Below are positions 17,643 through 28,742 of a DNA stretch of 34,574 nt, piece after piece. The notes beneath the pieces are model-generated. The model searched no databases and had not been told where the DNA came from. It was given only the letters and a program-made list of their open reading frames with translations. Positions within the stretch are counted from its first letter, which is position 1. Every line of letters starts with the position of its first letter. This DNA comes from Nitrososphaeraceae archaeon (lineage in GTDB: Archaea > Thermoproteota > Nitrososphaeria > Nitrososphaerales > Nitrososphaeraceae). The stretch lies in assembly GCA_035250975.1 (NCBI GenBank), contig DATFEP010000041.1, positions 1-34,574 on the forward strand, in the 5' to 3' direction. The translations under genes and the position numbers were made by a program.

Positions 17643-19067
17643 CTAAATTTGTTCTAATTTTTTTCTTATTAACTTTATAGTAATCTTGGGATCTGCTCTT
17701 CCGTGAGTTGCCATCATTACTTTTCCCAATAGAAAATTAATGGCATTGATATTTTTTTTTGTATCAATTACTGCATTTTTTCCCTCTTCAAATATTTTGT
17801 TAATCGTTTCATTGAGGATTTGTTCATCTGTAATCATAGTAACCTCTTTTTCATTTATTAACTTTGAAGGCAATTCTCCAGTTTTAATAATTTTGCCAAT
17901 AATATTTTTAGCAGTTGTTCTATTAATTTTGTTATTATCAACTAATTTTGCAATTTCTGCGATATGGTTAGCATTGATCTTCATGTTTTCTAGAGACTTT
18001 TTCCCAGATGAATCATAATCCGCGAAAGCCAAAATATCACTAACTATCCAATTTGATATTGATACCGGCGAATTATATATATTGACCGCAGATTCAAAGA
18101 GGTCTCCTAATTCCTTATTATCAATAAGTATTTGAGATACATGTTCTGATAATCCGAAGTTATTAATAAATCTAGATTTTCTATCATCCGGAAGTTCTGG
18201 AATCTGGAGAGAAGCAATGTATTTTTCTTCCACCATGATTTTTGGTATATCCGGTTCTAGAAAATACCGATAATCTTCTTCTTCTTCTTTCGATCTTGAT
18301 TGCTTTGTTATCTTCCTTTTATCATCCCAATGACGAGTTTCTGCCTTAATCTCAATCTCATGTAAATTCATTGTTTGTTGTCTTGTTATCTCGTACGCAA
18401 GGGCTTTCTCTACGTCTCCGAACGATCCAACATTTTTTATTTCAACTTTTTTTCCATCTCCAATAGAGACATTGGCGTCACATCTAACAGATCCTTCCAA
18501 GTCTGTATTACATACACCTAAATGTTCCAGTATTGAAGTCATTTTATTGAGAAATAATCTTACATCTTTTGGGTCAGTAAAATCAGGTTCAGTTACTATT
18601 TCTACAAGTGCAACACCAGATCTATTGTAATCAATTAATGCTTGTTGTCTGCCCTCTTCAAAAATAAGCCGACCTGGGTCCTCCTCTAATTGAATTCTTC
18701 TAATTCTTGTCTTTTTGTTATTTCCATAGAATACAATACCATTTTTACCAATACTAGTATCGGTTTCATTGGAATCATATTGTGTAATCTGAAAATTTTT
18801 TGGCAGATCAGGATAAAAGTAATTTTTCCTTGAAAACATAGTTATTTCTGGTACTTTACAATTTAGGGCTTTCGAGGTCATGATGGCATGTTCTAGTGCC
18901 TTTTTATTCAAAATAGGCAGACTTCCTGGTAAACCTATACAGACTGGACATATATTTTCGTTGATGTCTTTTCCTCGATAGTTTGAATAGCACGAACAAA
19001 ATAATTTACTATTCAATTCTGTTAGCTGGCAGTGTATCTCAAGACCAATTTTAACTGGAAGGACCAT
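17643..19067 (-). CDS. gatB: Asp-tRNA(Asn)/Glu-tRNA(Gln) amidotransferase subunit B
   Basis: IGLEIHCQL, GLPGSLP, RKNYFYPDLPKNFQITQ, LEEDPG, EIVTEPD, RCDANVS, DYRYF.EPD. Confidence 0.97.
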   Translation of the reverse strand: MVLPVKIGLEIHCQLTELNSKLFCSCYSNYRGKDINENICPVCIGLPGSLPILNKKALEHAIMTSKALNCKVPEITMFSRKNYFYPDLPKNFQITQYDSNETDTSIGKNGIVFYGNNKKTRIRRIQLEEDPGRLIFEEGRQQALIDYNRSGVALVEIVTEPDFTDPKDVRLFLNKMTSILEHLGVCNTDLEGSVRCDANVSIGDGKKVEIKNVGSFGDVEKALAYEITRQQTMNLHEIEIKAETRHWDDKRKITKQSRSKEEEEDYRYFLEPDIPKIMVEEKYIASLQIPELPDDRKSRFINNFGLSEHVSQILIDNKELGDLFESAVNIYNSPVSISNWIVSDILAFADYDSSGKKSLENMKINANHIAEIAKLVDNNKINRTTAKNIIGKIIKTGELPSKLINEKEVTMITDEQILNETINKIFEEGKNAVIDTKKNINAINFLLGKVMMATHGRADPKITIKLIRKKLEQI

Positions 19068-20524
19068 TATAGATCTGGATATGAATTAATATTAATAGAT
19101 TTTTCAAATAATTCACCTGAGTTAAATAATTTTTCTTCCTCCAACTCATCTGCCATTATTTGAATTCCTATTGGAAGACCATCTTTGAATCCAGCAGGAA
19201 TAGATACAGCGGGAATGCCAGACAAATTGGCTAAAACCGTATTTACATCTATCAGATACATCATCAATGGATCATCTATCTTTTCTCCAATTTTAAAAGG
19301 AAGAACAGGTACAGTTGAAGATATTAATAAATCATATTTCTTGAACAATTGCTTTAATTCTGTCTTTATCATGGACCTAGCTTTCTGGGCTTTAAGGTAA
19401 TATTTTCCGTAGTATCCAGAGGACAATACATATGTACCAACTATTATTCTACGTTTAACCTCATTTCCAAAATTTCCTCTTACTTTTGAAAAATAAACAT
19501 TCCATTCATATTCCTCAGGATCTAATTCAAAACCATATCGTATGTTATCATATCTTGCAAGGTTACTGCTAGCTTCGGCTGTGGCTATAGTATAATATGA
19601 GGCAAGTGCATATTCTGTAGATTGCAATGAAGTCTCTTCACACTCAAAATCTAGATTCTTAAAAACATCCAATGAAGAATAAATACACTTGGAAACATCT
19701 ATATCAGCTCCATCAATTAATTCTTTTATTAATCCTATTTTTATCTTCTTATTATTGTAGGATTTATTATTTACTGCATTATGATTATATATGTTATTGT
19801 CTAAAGTAGTATTATCATTAAAGTCTTCTCCAGAAATGCTAGAAAATATTTCTCTAACATCTGAAACATTTTTACCAATAGGACCAATTTGTTCCAAGCT
19901 GTTAGAATATGAAATAAGGCCGTATCTACTAACCAAACCGTATGTAGGTTTCAATCCTACGACAGAACAAAAACTGGATGGACATCGTATCGATCCCCCG
20001 GTGTCTGAACCTAGTGATACAGTACACATTTGTGCTGCAACACTTGCTGCACTTCCCCCAGAAGATCCTCCACAAACATACCCTGTGTTCCATGGATTTC
20101 GTGTTAAACCAAAAAAACTCCATTCTGTAGTTGATCCCATAGCAAATTCATCCAAGTTTACCTTTCCTATAATTATTGCATCCTTGTCTAGCAGTTTTTT
20201 TACCACGGTGGCATTATATGGGGGAACATATTCTGATAACATTTTTGAGGCACAGGTAGTTTTTAGATTTATTGTACTTATGTTATCTTTAATTCCTATG
20301 CCTATTCCAGCTAAAGATCCAACAGGATCTCCCCTTTTTATCTTTTTATCAATCTCTTTTGCTTGGTTTATTGCACTCTTATTAAGTGTTATAAATGCAT
20401 TAATTTTTTTGTCTATCTTTTCTATTCTATCCAGTAACGAAGAAATATATTCCTCAGCAGTAAAATATCCATTTCTAATACCTTCTACTACACCCTGAAC
20501 ATCTAATTTCGGCAGATTTGACAT
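19067..20524 (-). CDS. gatA: Amidotransferase subunit A (amidase)
   Basis: IKDNI, GKVNLDEFAMGS, GGSSGGS, GSDTGGSIR, EASSNLARYD, EVKRRI; 1-bp overlap with gatB. Confidence 0.97.
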   Translation of the reverse strand: MSNLPKLDVQGVVEGIRNGYFTAEEYISSLLDRIEKIDKKINAFITLNKSAINQAKEIDKKIKRGDPVGSLAGIGIGIKDNISTINLKTTCASKMLSEYVPPYNATVVKKLLDKDAIIIGKVNLDEFAMGSTTEWSFFGLTRNPWNTGYVCGGSSGGSAASVAAQMCTVSLGSDTGGSIRCPSSFCSVVGLKPTYGLVSRYGLISYSNSLEQIGPIGKNVSDVREIFSSISGEDFNDNTTLDNNIYNHNAVNNKSYNNKKIKIGLIKELIDGADIDVSKCIYSSLDVFKNLDFECEETSLQSTEYALASYYTIATAEASSNLARYDNIRYGFELDPEEYEWNVYFSKVRGNFGNEVKRRIIVGTYVLSSGYYGKYYLKAQKARSMIKTELKQLFKKYDLLISSTVPVLPFKIGEKIDDPLMMYLIDVNTVLANLSGIPAVSIPAGFKDGLPIGIQIMADELEEEKLFNSGELFEKSININSYPDL

Positions 20525-20525
20525 A

Positions 20526-20798
20526 CTAATTCATCTGTGGACCTCTGACGAATTTGTCTTTTTTATTTTTTATGACCTTCTGTATATCTCTATCAAATTC
20601 ATTAACTTTATCCTCTCTTAGATCTGAAATTTTCTTTATCATTGAATATGACTCCATTTCATTTAAAGATATTGCATCTAATTTATCCAAATATCCAACA
20701 ATCTTTTCAATCTGTTTTAAATATGTTTCATACTCTTCTTGAGATAGTTCTATTTTGGAAAGTTTACTGAGATGTTTAAGTTCGTCTTTTGTGATCAT
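20526..20798 (-). CDS. gatC: Amidotransferase subunit C
   Basis: ITKDELKHLSKLSKIEL...LREDKV...FVRGP; position directly upstream of gatA. Confidence 0.9.
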   Translation of the reverse strand: MITKDELKHLSKLSKIELSQEEYETYLKQIEKIVGYLDKLDAISLNEMESYSMIKKISDLREDKVNEFDRDIQKVIKNKKDKFVRGPQMN

Positions 20799-20817
20799 AT
20801 TCTAAAAATCCTTTCCA

Positions 20818-22185
20818 TTAAGGAGATAATCTATCAATATCTCTTGGATATAATATAGTATCTCTTATATTATCTACCTTAGTAATCGTCATTAATAATC
20901 TTTCAAGACCTATACCACATCCTGCATGAGGAGGTACTCCATAATCAAAAATACGCAAATGATAATCAAAAGAATTCAAATTGAGGCCTTTTTTTTTCAT
21001 CCTGTTTACAAGAACATCTTTATTGCTAATTCTTGTACTTCCAGAAGATATTTCTAAAGAACCATACATTAGATCAAATGACTCGCAAATTTTAGGATCT
21101 GATATCTTTTCTTTAACATAAAATGGTTTCGTAGATGATGGCCAATCCACTATAAAGTAAAATCCATTTAACTTCTCATCTTCAAGTTTGTTAATGAGCT
21201 GTGGTGAGATATCATCCCCCCATCTAACCCTCTCACCAGATTCTCTTAATCTTTCTATCATATCTGAATATTTGTATCTGGGGAAAGATTCGGTACCAGT
21301 ATTATCGATCATTACATTGTTGATAATATTTGAATCTAATTCAAGTTCGGCAATTTCTTTCGGGTTATTTTCCTTTAATGACTTTATTACATATTTGATA
21401 AATTTCTCTAACATCGTCATAATATCATTATAATCCACAAATGCTTTTTCGATATCTATAGAAGTAGCTTCAGATAAGTGTCTATTTGTACGAGAGGGTT
21501 CTGCCCTAAAGATAGGACCTATTTCAAAAACATTCTCAAAAGATAATGTCAATTGTTCTTTGTATATCTGAGGACTCTGTGCCATAAATGCTTCTCTGTC
21601 ATAGTAAAATATTGGAAATAATGCTGTACCACCTTCAGATGCTGTGGCAATAATCTTTGGAGTGTTAACTTCTATAAATCTTTCATTAGCTAAAAATTCT
21701 CTAGTAAATTTTAGGACAGAATCTCGAATAATAAAAATATTTTGTAGATGTTTTCTTCTGAGATCAATAGCTCTAAAGTCTAATCTTGTATCTATACCAG
21801 CTGGATCCTTATGTTGAATCATAAATGGAGGCGCTTTAATAGGAATGGAAAATATTTTAAGCTCAAGCGGCATTATCTCTACACCGTTTGGAGCCTTTTT
21901 CTGTGATATTACCTTTCCACGAATGGCCATAGAAGTATGTTCCCTTATTTTGGATATTTGATAATATATATCGTCTGAACATTGTCCTTTTTTAGCTATA
22001 ACTTGTAAATCTCCTTCCTTGTCTCTTAACATTATAAATTGAATATTTCCATGATCTCTAACACTTGAAACCCATCCCATCAAAGTAACAATTTTTCCTT
22101 CAAAAGAAGGATCAATGTCAGAAGAATATTGATTTTTTCTCCATTTTCCCAATTCTTCTTCCTTTAACATGTCATCCAATTTCAA
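20818..22185 (-). CDS. aspS: Aspartate--tRNA(Asp/Asn) ligase, archaeal type, probably non-discriminating
   Basis: OB-fold GWV..RDHG, AQSPQIYK, FRAE, PPHAGCGIGLER, PRD; Pro in the KAPNG anticodon-binding loop and linkage to gatCAB are typical of non-discriminating AspRS. Confidence 0.95.
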   Translation of the reverse strand: MKLDDMLKEEELGKWRKNQYSSDIDPSFEGKIVTLMGWVSSVRDHGNIQFIMLRDKEGDLQVIAKKGQCSDDIYYQISKIREHTSMAIRGKVISQKKAPNGVEIMPLELKIFSIPIKAPPFMIQHKDPAGIDTRLDFRAIDLRRKHLQNIFIIRDSVLKFTREFLANERFIEVNTPKIIATASEGGTALFPIFYYDREAFMAQSPQIYKEQLTLSFENVFEIGPIFRAEPSRTNRHLSEATSIDIEKAFVDYNDIMTMLEKFIKYVIKSLKENNPKEIAELELDSNIINNVMIDNTGTESFPRYKYSDMIERLRESGERVRWGDDISPQLINKLEDEKLNGFYFIVDWPSSTKPFYVKEKISDPKICESFDLMYGSLEISSGSTRISNKDVLVNRMKKKGLNLNSFDYHLRIFDYGVPPHAGCGIGLERLLMTITKVDNIRDTILYPRDIDRLSP

Positions 22186-22445
22186 AACCTAGATATTGTA
22201 TAAGATTTATACAACACTAATTTAATTTTTATACAGTGCTTTACGTAGTTATCAAAGAATTTAATTATACATTTCATAAATTCACTAGCCAAATTTCTTT
22301 TTCCGACAAAAATTATTTTCATTAAAAGATAAATTTAAAGTCGTCCAAAATTATTAGTAAAAAACTATCTTTAATCACAGATTATTTTTAAAATTATATT
22401 TTTTTATTAGTATAGTTCAAATATCCTTATTCATATTTTCAGATT

Positions 22446-22787
22446 ATGGGAAACAATGAGAATCTACTTCATGTAGATAAGGATTCTTGGGAAGCAGAAG
22501 TGATAAATTCCCAATTACCTGTTTTTGTTGATTTTTGGGCAGAATGGTGTGGTCCATGTAGAATGGTCGGTCCAGCAGTAGAACAACTTTCAAAAATTCT
22601 AGATGGAAAAGTTAAAATCGCAAAGGTCAACGTTGATGAAAATCAAGAGATTGCTGTAAAATACGGTATCCATTCCATCCCTTCCCTATTGTTATTTAAA
22701 AATGGAAATGAGATTGCAAGAACGGTAGGTGCGGCGCCTAAAGAAGCTTATCAAAAATTTATTGAAGAATCGCTTGCAAAGAACTAG
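22446..22787 (+). CDS. trxA: Thioredoxin
   Basis: VDFWAEWCGPCR active site; cis-Pro motif SIPSL. Confidence 0.96.
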   Translation: MGNNENLLHVDKDSWEAEVINSQLPVFVDFWAEWCGPCRMVGPAVEQLSKILDGKVKIAKVNVDENQEIAVKYGIHSIPSLLLFKNGNEIARTVGAAPKEAYQKFIEESLAKN

Positions 22788-22879
22788 CTACTCTTATTTT
22801 CTTTTAATTCATTTCTTAATTTTTTTAAAATATTTTTCAAAAAGGCATTAATATAGAACTATTATATCCGTAGCATTAG

Positions 22880-25627
22880 TTGGGCAAGAAAGAAATATCT
22901 ACTCTATTTTCATCCGATCCTGATAAATATTATAGGGTTTCATTATTTGATACAGTAGGATTCAAACGTCATAAGTGTGTAAATTGTGGAAAATTCTTCT
23001 GGTCTATCTTAGATAAAGAAGTATGTCCAGATCATGAAAAATATGATTTTATTGGAAATTCTCCAACTACTAAAAGGTTTGATTATGTTAATGCTTGGAA
23101 GGAGGTAGAAAAATATTTCCGATCAGAAAAACACTCTATAGTCAGAAGATATCCAGTAGTTTGTAGATGGCGTGAAGATCTCTATTTCACGATCGCGTCA
23201 ATCGTAGATTTTCAAAGAATAATTGGCGATAAAGTTATTTTTGAATTACCATCAAATCCTCTAGTTGTACCCCAAATGTGTTTGAGATTCAATGACGTTG
23301 AAAATGTTGGGGTAAGTGGAAGACATTATACTAGTTTTTGTATGATAGGTCAAACATGTAATGCGAATACTCCTGGAGGTTATTGGAAGGATAGATGCAT
23401 TGAATTAGATTTTAATCTACTTACAAAAGTTTTGGGAATAAATCAAAACGAGATAACTTTTGTAGAGGATGTCTGGATGGGAGCTGGAGCTTTTGGATAT
23501 TCTCTAGAATATTTTGTTCGCGGTTTAGAACTTGGAAATGCTGTATTCACTGAATTTGAAGGAGATGAAAACAATTACAGAATAATGAAGAACAAAATTA
23601 TTGACATGGGTGCAGGACTAGAAAGATTTTCATGGATAACTATGGGAACACCAACAAGCTATGATTGTTGTTTCGGATCTGTTATCCAATATATGGAAAA
23701 TCTTACGGGAGCGGATAAAGATAAAGAATTACTCTCAAATTACTTCAAGTTAGTCTCAAAGAACTTTAATGATATGGCTGATTCTCAATCCAATAAGAAC
23801 AAAATTCTAAAACAAATGATTGCCAAAGAAATGAATATTTCATTCGAACAGCTGGATAAAATTGTTTCCCCATATGAGGCAATTTATACTATAGCTGATC
23901 ACAGTAGAACACTTCTGTTTGCTATTTCTGATGGGTCTCTACCATCAAATGTAGGAGGTGGCTATAATTTAAGAATTCTCTTGCGAAGAATCCTTTCAAT
24001 AATTGAAAGATTTGCGTGGGATATAAAAATTGAAGAATTAATGGATTTACATATAAGATACCTAAAAAATATGTATCCTGAATTAGAAGAATATCAGAAG
24101 GAAGTTCATACAATTCTCAAGTTGGAATCAGAAAGATATAGTAGTACTAGAGACCGTATGAATGATATTGCTAATGATATAAAAAGGACACAAAAACAAC
24201 TTACTGTAGAAGAACTTATAACCTTGTATGAATCTGATGGTATTACACCAGATTTTCTAAAGGAAGTTAAAGTCATAACGGAAATACCGTCCAATTTTTA
24301 TGTCAAATTAGCAGAGCTTCACAGTTATACTCAAAAATCAAATACTATGGACCCTTTAAAGGGGTTTGATGAACAATTACCTCCAACAAAGCTGCTATAT
24401 TATGAAGATCCTCTTATAAGAGATTTTTCAGCCAAAGTCGTTAAAATTATTAACGGAAACTATGTAATATTGGATAAAACAGCATTTTATCCTAGGGGAG
24501 GTGGTCAAGAACCAGATAACGGAATTATATCTAACTCAAAAGTATTAGAGGTTGTTAAACATAGAGATCTTGTTCTTCATAGATTAGAAAAATTATCTTC
24601 TATTAAAGAAGGTTTGATTGTGAATTGTAGGATTGATTCCAAAAGACGTGATTATATCACCAAACATCATACTGCGACTCACATATTAAATTCATCATCA
24701 AGATCTAATCTTGGATCTTGGGTATGGCAAAATTCAGCGTTTAAGGATGTAAATTATGGGCGACTGGATATAACACATCATTCTGCTCTAACTAAAGAGC
24801 AGGTAGAAAGGATTGAAAATACTGCTAATGATATAGTCATGAAAAACCTTGATGTTAATATCAAAGAATATGAAAGAGGAGAAAGTGAACAAAAATTCTC
24901 TTTTAGGATATATCAAGGAGGTGTTGTTCCATCTAACAATGTTAGAATAGTGAATATAAGTAATTTTGATATTGAAGCTTGTGGAGGTACACACGTTAGT
25001 AAAACTGGTGAAATAGGATTAATAAAAATCCTAAAATCAGAAAGAATTCAAGATGGTGTTGTAAGATTGGAATTTGTAGCAGGTCAATCTGCAATAGATT
25101 TTATCAAAAGCCAAGATCGCAACATCTCTCTTATCACACACACATTAGGATCTAGTAAAGAAAGATTGACAGAATCCTTTCAGCGATATTTCTATGAATC
25201 TGAAAAACTAAAAACAAAGCTAAAAGTCATTATGAGAAAAATTGCCCCAGTACTTGCACAAAATGTATCTGATAATGGGAAGCAAATATCAGATCAGGGT
25301 GTAAAGTTATATTCTACTTTTGATGATGAATTAGATGAAGAATATCATATTGTTATTGGTGAAAAATCCATAGAATTGGATCCCCTTCTGTTATATATAT
25401 CTCTGATATCTAAAGAAAATGGAATACGGGTAATAGTATTCGTAGGTACAGAAGCAAGAAGATATGGATATCATGCGGGCAAAATTGCCAAGGATTTTTC
25501 CGTTAGGTTAGGAGGTTCTGGTGGAGGAGACTCTAAATTTGGACAAGGAGGGGGCAAATTTAAAGATAAAATTGATGAGATAATTAATTTAGCAGAAATA
25601 TATGTTAACACCACTGAAATAGGTTGA
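22880..25627 (+). CDS. alaS: Alanine--tRNA ligase (archaeal type)
   Basis: N-terminal CVNCGKFFW, FTIASI.DFQ, GLELGNAVF, IDMGAGLER, IADHSRT, editing domain HHTATH/CGGTH, C-terminal GGSGGG; TTG start. Confidence 0.97.
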   Translation: MGKKEISTLFSSDPDKYYRVSLFDTVGFKRHKCVNCGKFFWSILDKEVCPDHEKYDFIGNSPTTKRFDYVNAWKEVEKYFRSEKHSIVRRYPVVCRWREDLYFTIASIVDFQRIIGDKVIFELPSNPLVVPQMCLRFNDVENVGVSGRHYTSFCMIGQTCNANTPGGYWKDRCIELDFNLLTKVLGINQNEITFVEDVWMGAGAFGYSLEYFVRGLELGNAVFTEFEGDENNYRIMKNKIIDMGAGLERFSWITMGTPTSYDCCFGSVIQYMENLTGADKDKELLSNYFKLVSKNFNDMADSQSNKNKILKQMIAKEMNISFEQLDKIVSPYEAIYTIADHSRTLLFAISDGSLPSNVGGGYNLRILLRRILSIIERFAWDIKIEELMDLHIRYLKNMYPELEEYQKEVHTILKLESERYSSTRDRMNDIANDIKRTQKQLTVEELITLYESDGITPDFLKEVKVITEIPSNFYVKLAELHSYTQKSNTMDPLKGFDEQLPPTKLLYYEDPLIRDFSAKVVKIINGNYVILDKTAFYPRGGGQEPDNGIISNSKVLEVVKHRDLVLHRLEKLSSIKEGLIVNCRIDSKRRDYITKHHTATHILNSSSRSNLGSWVWQNSAFKDVNYGRLDITHHSALTKEQVERIENTANDIVMKNLDVNIKEYERGESEQKFSFRIYQGGVVPSNNVRIVNISNFDIEACGGTHVSKTGEIGLIKILKSERIQDGVVRLEFVAGQSAIDFIKSQDRNISLITHTLGSSKERLTESFQRYFYESEKLKTKLKVIMRKIAPVLAQNVSDNGKQISDQGVKLYSTFDDELDEEYHIVIGEKSIELDPLLLYISLISKENGIRVIVFVGTEARRYGYHAGKIAKDFSVRLGGSGGGDSKFGQGGGKFKDKIDEIINLAEIYVNTTEIG

Positions 25628-25634
25628 GAAAAAT

Positions 25635-28600
25635 ATGAATTTTAATGAATCTGAATCAAAGTTAGAATGGAATCAAATAGAAACAAAATGGAAGTCCAAA
25701 TGGAATGAGCAAAAACTTTTTGAAACAGATCCCGATGACAACAAAATAAAAAAATATTTCATTACGGTTGCTTTTCCATATCCAAATTCTCCTCAGCATA
25801 TAGGACATGGCAGAACATACACACTAGCTGATGTACATGCTCGTTATATGAGAATGAAAGGAAACAACGTCTTGTTTCCAATGGCTTTTCATTATACTGG
25901 GACCCCCATTTTGGCCATGTCAAAAAGAGTGATATCTGGTGATAAAGATCTAATTCAAACTTTTAAAAATATTTATAATGTTCCAGAGGAAATTATCAAA
26001 ACTTTTTCGGATCCTGAAAAAATAGCTAGGTATTTTCATAATGAAATTAAGCTAGGGATGCAAGATATGGGATATTCCATAGATTGGAGGAGGGAATTCA
26101 CAACTATTGATAAGTTATATTCTAAGTTTATTACTTGGCAGTTTAAAATATTACAAAAAAAAGGATTGATCGTCCAAGGATCACATCCTGTAGGGTGGTG
26201 CCCTAAAGATAATAACCCCGTCAGCCAACATGATACAGTTGGTGATGTAGAACCTGAATTTAATGAATACATTTTGATAAAGTTCAGATTATTGAATAGC
26301 GAAATTTTTCTTCCAGTTGTAACATTAAGACCAGAAACAATTTTTGGGGTCACTAATTTATGGATAAATCCAGATATTGATTATATCGAGATAGAAATTG
26401 ACCAAGAAAAATGGATTGTAACCAGAGAAGCTACAAAAAAATTAGAATTTCTTAACCATAATATTAAAATTTTAAATGTTGTGAGTGGAAAAAATCTGAT
26501 CGGTAAAAATGTCATTAGTCCTATCTGTGAAAAGAATATCCAGATCTTTCCCGCAAATTTTGTTTTATCTGATACCGGTACTGGTATAGTTATGTCTGTA
26601 CCGGGTCATGCTCCATTTGACTATCAAGCAATAAAAGACCTGAAGAAAGATCCACATATCTACAAAAACGAGCTAAACTTGAATGAAATACAGCCAATCA
26701 AAATTATACAACTCAAGACTATTCATACTGAAGATAATAATAAAAATCGATCAGAATACGAGAACAAAGGTTCGATATCATCTCCTACAGTTTCAGTTGA
26801 AACAGTGATCTCAAAATATGATATAAATAGTCAAATGGATCCTGCTCTAGAAAAAGCAACAAACGATTTGTATAGTATTGAATATTATAAAGGTATAATG
26901 TTACCTAATACAGGTATATATTCAGGAATGGATGTCAAAGATGCCAAGGAAAAAATAAAGATATCACTTTTTACTAATAACCAAGCAGAAATATTTTATG
27001 AATTTGTAAATCAACCTATCACATGCAGATGCGGGAGTGAATGTGTTGTAAAACTATTGAATGACCAATGGTTCATTAATTATGGAGATACAGAATGGAA
27101 GAATAAAGTTCACAATTATATTGATTCTATGAGTATAATTCCTGAAGAACTAATACAGGAATTTCATAACGTCGTTGATTGGCTAAAAGAGCGAGCATGT
27201 GCAAGAAAATCAGGATTAGGTACTAAACTACCTTGGGATCGCGACTGGATAATAGAAAGTCTCTCTGATTCGGTGGTCTATATGGCATATTATACTATCT
27301 CGAAGTTTGTTAATAGTGAAAACCATTCATTAAATCAATATATTGATGAAATAGATGAATCATTCTTTGATTTTATTTTATTTGGTGTAGGAGACATCAA
27401 TGATTTTGAAAGACGATGTAAAATTGATAAATCGTTACTAGAAAAACTACGAAAAGAATTTATCTATTTTTATCCCGTCGATTGTAGACATTCAGGACGT
27501 GATTTAGTACCTAATCACCTATCTTTTTTTATTTTTAATCATGTAGCTATATTTGAGAAGAAATATTGGCCAAAGCAAATGGTCATAAATGGTTCTGTAC
27601 TTATGGAAGGTAAAAAAATGTCCAAGTCGCTAGGAAATATAATTCCAATTAGAACAGTCATCCAAAACTACGGGGCAGACACAATAAGATTATCTATCCT
27701 TATTTCTGCTGAACTTCTTCAAGACGCCGATTTCTCATTTGATACAGCGAAATCCATTCGGTCTAAGCTATATGACCTATATAATCAAGCTCTTGATTCG
27801 TCCTACAAAAGCTCTGTAGATAAAACATTTATTCAGAAATTACAGGAATTTCAATCATCTATCAGGAATAATGAATTTGAAGATTTTTTATATTCTTATC
27901 TTGAAGAAAAAGAAAATTTTCTTGAATTAGAAGATAAATGGATCATCAATAAGTTACAGAGGTTCATTCATAATGTTACTGAATCCATGGAAGCTTTAAG
28001 AGTGCGAGAAGCATTACATCATTTGTTGTATGTTTTTGATCAGGATATTCAATGGTATAAAAAATGGTCACTTTCAAAAGGAAGAAAGGAAAACCATTAT
28101 GTCAATATTATTTTTTTACTTTCTATATCTTTAAGAATAAAGATGCTTTCTCCATTCGCTCCTTTTATTTCAGAGGAAATTTGGGAAAAATTTGGTAATA
28201 AGAAATCTATTAATTTATCAAGGTGGCCAATAGTTTACAAAGAAAAAATTGATCCTCTTGTGGAAGAATCGGAACAATTTATCAAGAATCTGATAGATGA
28301 TATTAACAAAATAATCAAGATAACCAAAAAGATCCCAAGTACTGTTTATATTTATTGTTCTTCAATTAAGAAACAAATAATATACAATCAAATTCTAGCA
28401 TCTATAACAATAGAAAACCAAACAAATTTTGGAAATATCATGAAAAATCTTATTAATAATCCTGAAACTTCTGAAGCTAAACATGATCCTTCTTTAGTAA
28501 AGAAGATAATTGAAGATATTCTATCAGCATCTGCGGAGTCGCGAAGCAATAGATTACAAATAAAGGTATTAGATGAATCTTTTATTATTGAGGATGGTAA

Positions 28601-28739
28601 GGAGTTAATATCTACAGAAATAACAAAAAACAATCCTGTCAAGATTATTGTTTATTCAGAGAACGATCCGCAAAGATTTGATCCAAAACAACGATCAAAA
28701 TTTTCAAGACCGTACAAACCCGCAATCTATTTGGACTGA
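25635..28739 (+). CDS. leuS: Leucine--tRNA ligase (archaeal type)
   Basis: PYPNSPQHIGH and KMSKS class I motifs; CP1 TLRPET and GTGIVMSVPGHAPFDY; ESLSDS; C-terminal PYKPAIY. Confidence 0.97.
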   Translation: MNFNESESKLEWNQIETKWKSKWNEQKLFETDPDDNKIKKYFITVAFPYPNSPQHIGHGRTYTLADVHARYMRMKGNNVLFPMAFHYTGTPILAMSKRVISGDKDLIQTFKNIYNVPEEIIKTFSDPEKIARYFHNEIKLGMQDMGYSIDWRREFTTIDKLYSKFITWQFKILQKKGLIVQGSHPVGWCPKDNNPVSQHDTVGDVEPEFNEYILIKFRLLNSEIFLPVVTLRPETIFGVTNLWINPDIDYIEIEIDQEKWIVTREATKKLEFLNHNIKILNVVSGKNLIGKNVISPICEKNIQIFPANFVLSDTGTGIVMSVPGHAPFDYQAIKDLKKDPHIYKNELNLNEIQPIKIIQLKTIHTEDNNKNRSEYENKGSISSPTVSVETVISKYDINSQMDPALEKATNDLYSIEYYKGIMLPNTGIYSGMDVKDAKEKIKISLFTNNQAEIFYEFVNQPITCRCGSECVVKLLNDQWFINYGDTEWKNKVHNYIDSMSIIPEELIQEFHNVVDWLKERACARKSGLGTKLPWDRDWIIESLSDSVVYMAYYTISKFVNSENHSLNQYIDEIDESFFDFILFGVGDINDFERRCKIDKSLLEKLRKEFIYFYPVDCRHSGRDLVPNHLSFFIFNHVAIFEKKYWPKQMVINGSVLMEGKKMSKSLGNIIPIRTVIQNYGADTIRLSILISAELLQDADFSFDTAKSIRSKLYDLYNQALDSSYKSSVDKTFIQKLQEFQSSIRNNEFEDFLYSYLEEKENFLELEDKWIINKLQRFIHNVTESMEALRVREALHHLLYVFDQDIQWYKKWSLSKGRKENHYVNIIFLLSISLRIKMLSPFAPFISEEIWEKFGNKKSINLSRWPIVYKEKIDPLVEESEQFIKNLIDDINKIIKITKKIPSTVYIYCSSIKKQIIYNQILASITIENQTNFGNIMKNLINNPETSEAKHDPSLVKKIIEDILSASAESRSNRLQIKVLDESFIIEDGKELISTEITKNNPVKIIVYSENDPQRFDPKQRSKFSRPYKPAIYLD

Positions 28740-28742
28740 AAT

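Noticed and set aside
19791-20498. 235-aa plus-strand ORF
   Set aside because: Entirely antisense to the conserved amidase core of gatA; mirror-frame artefact.
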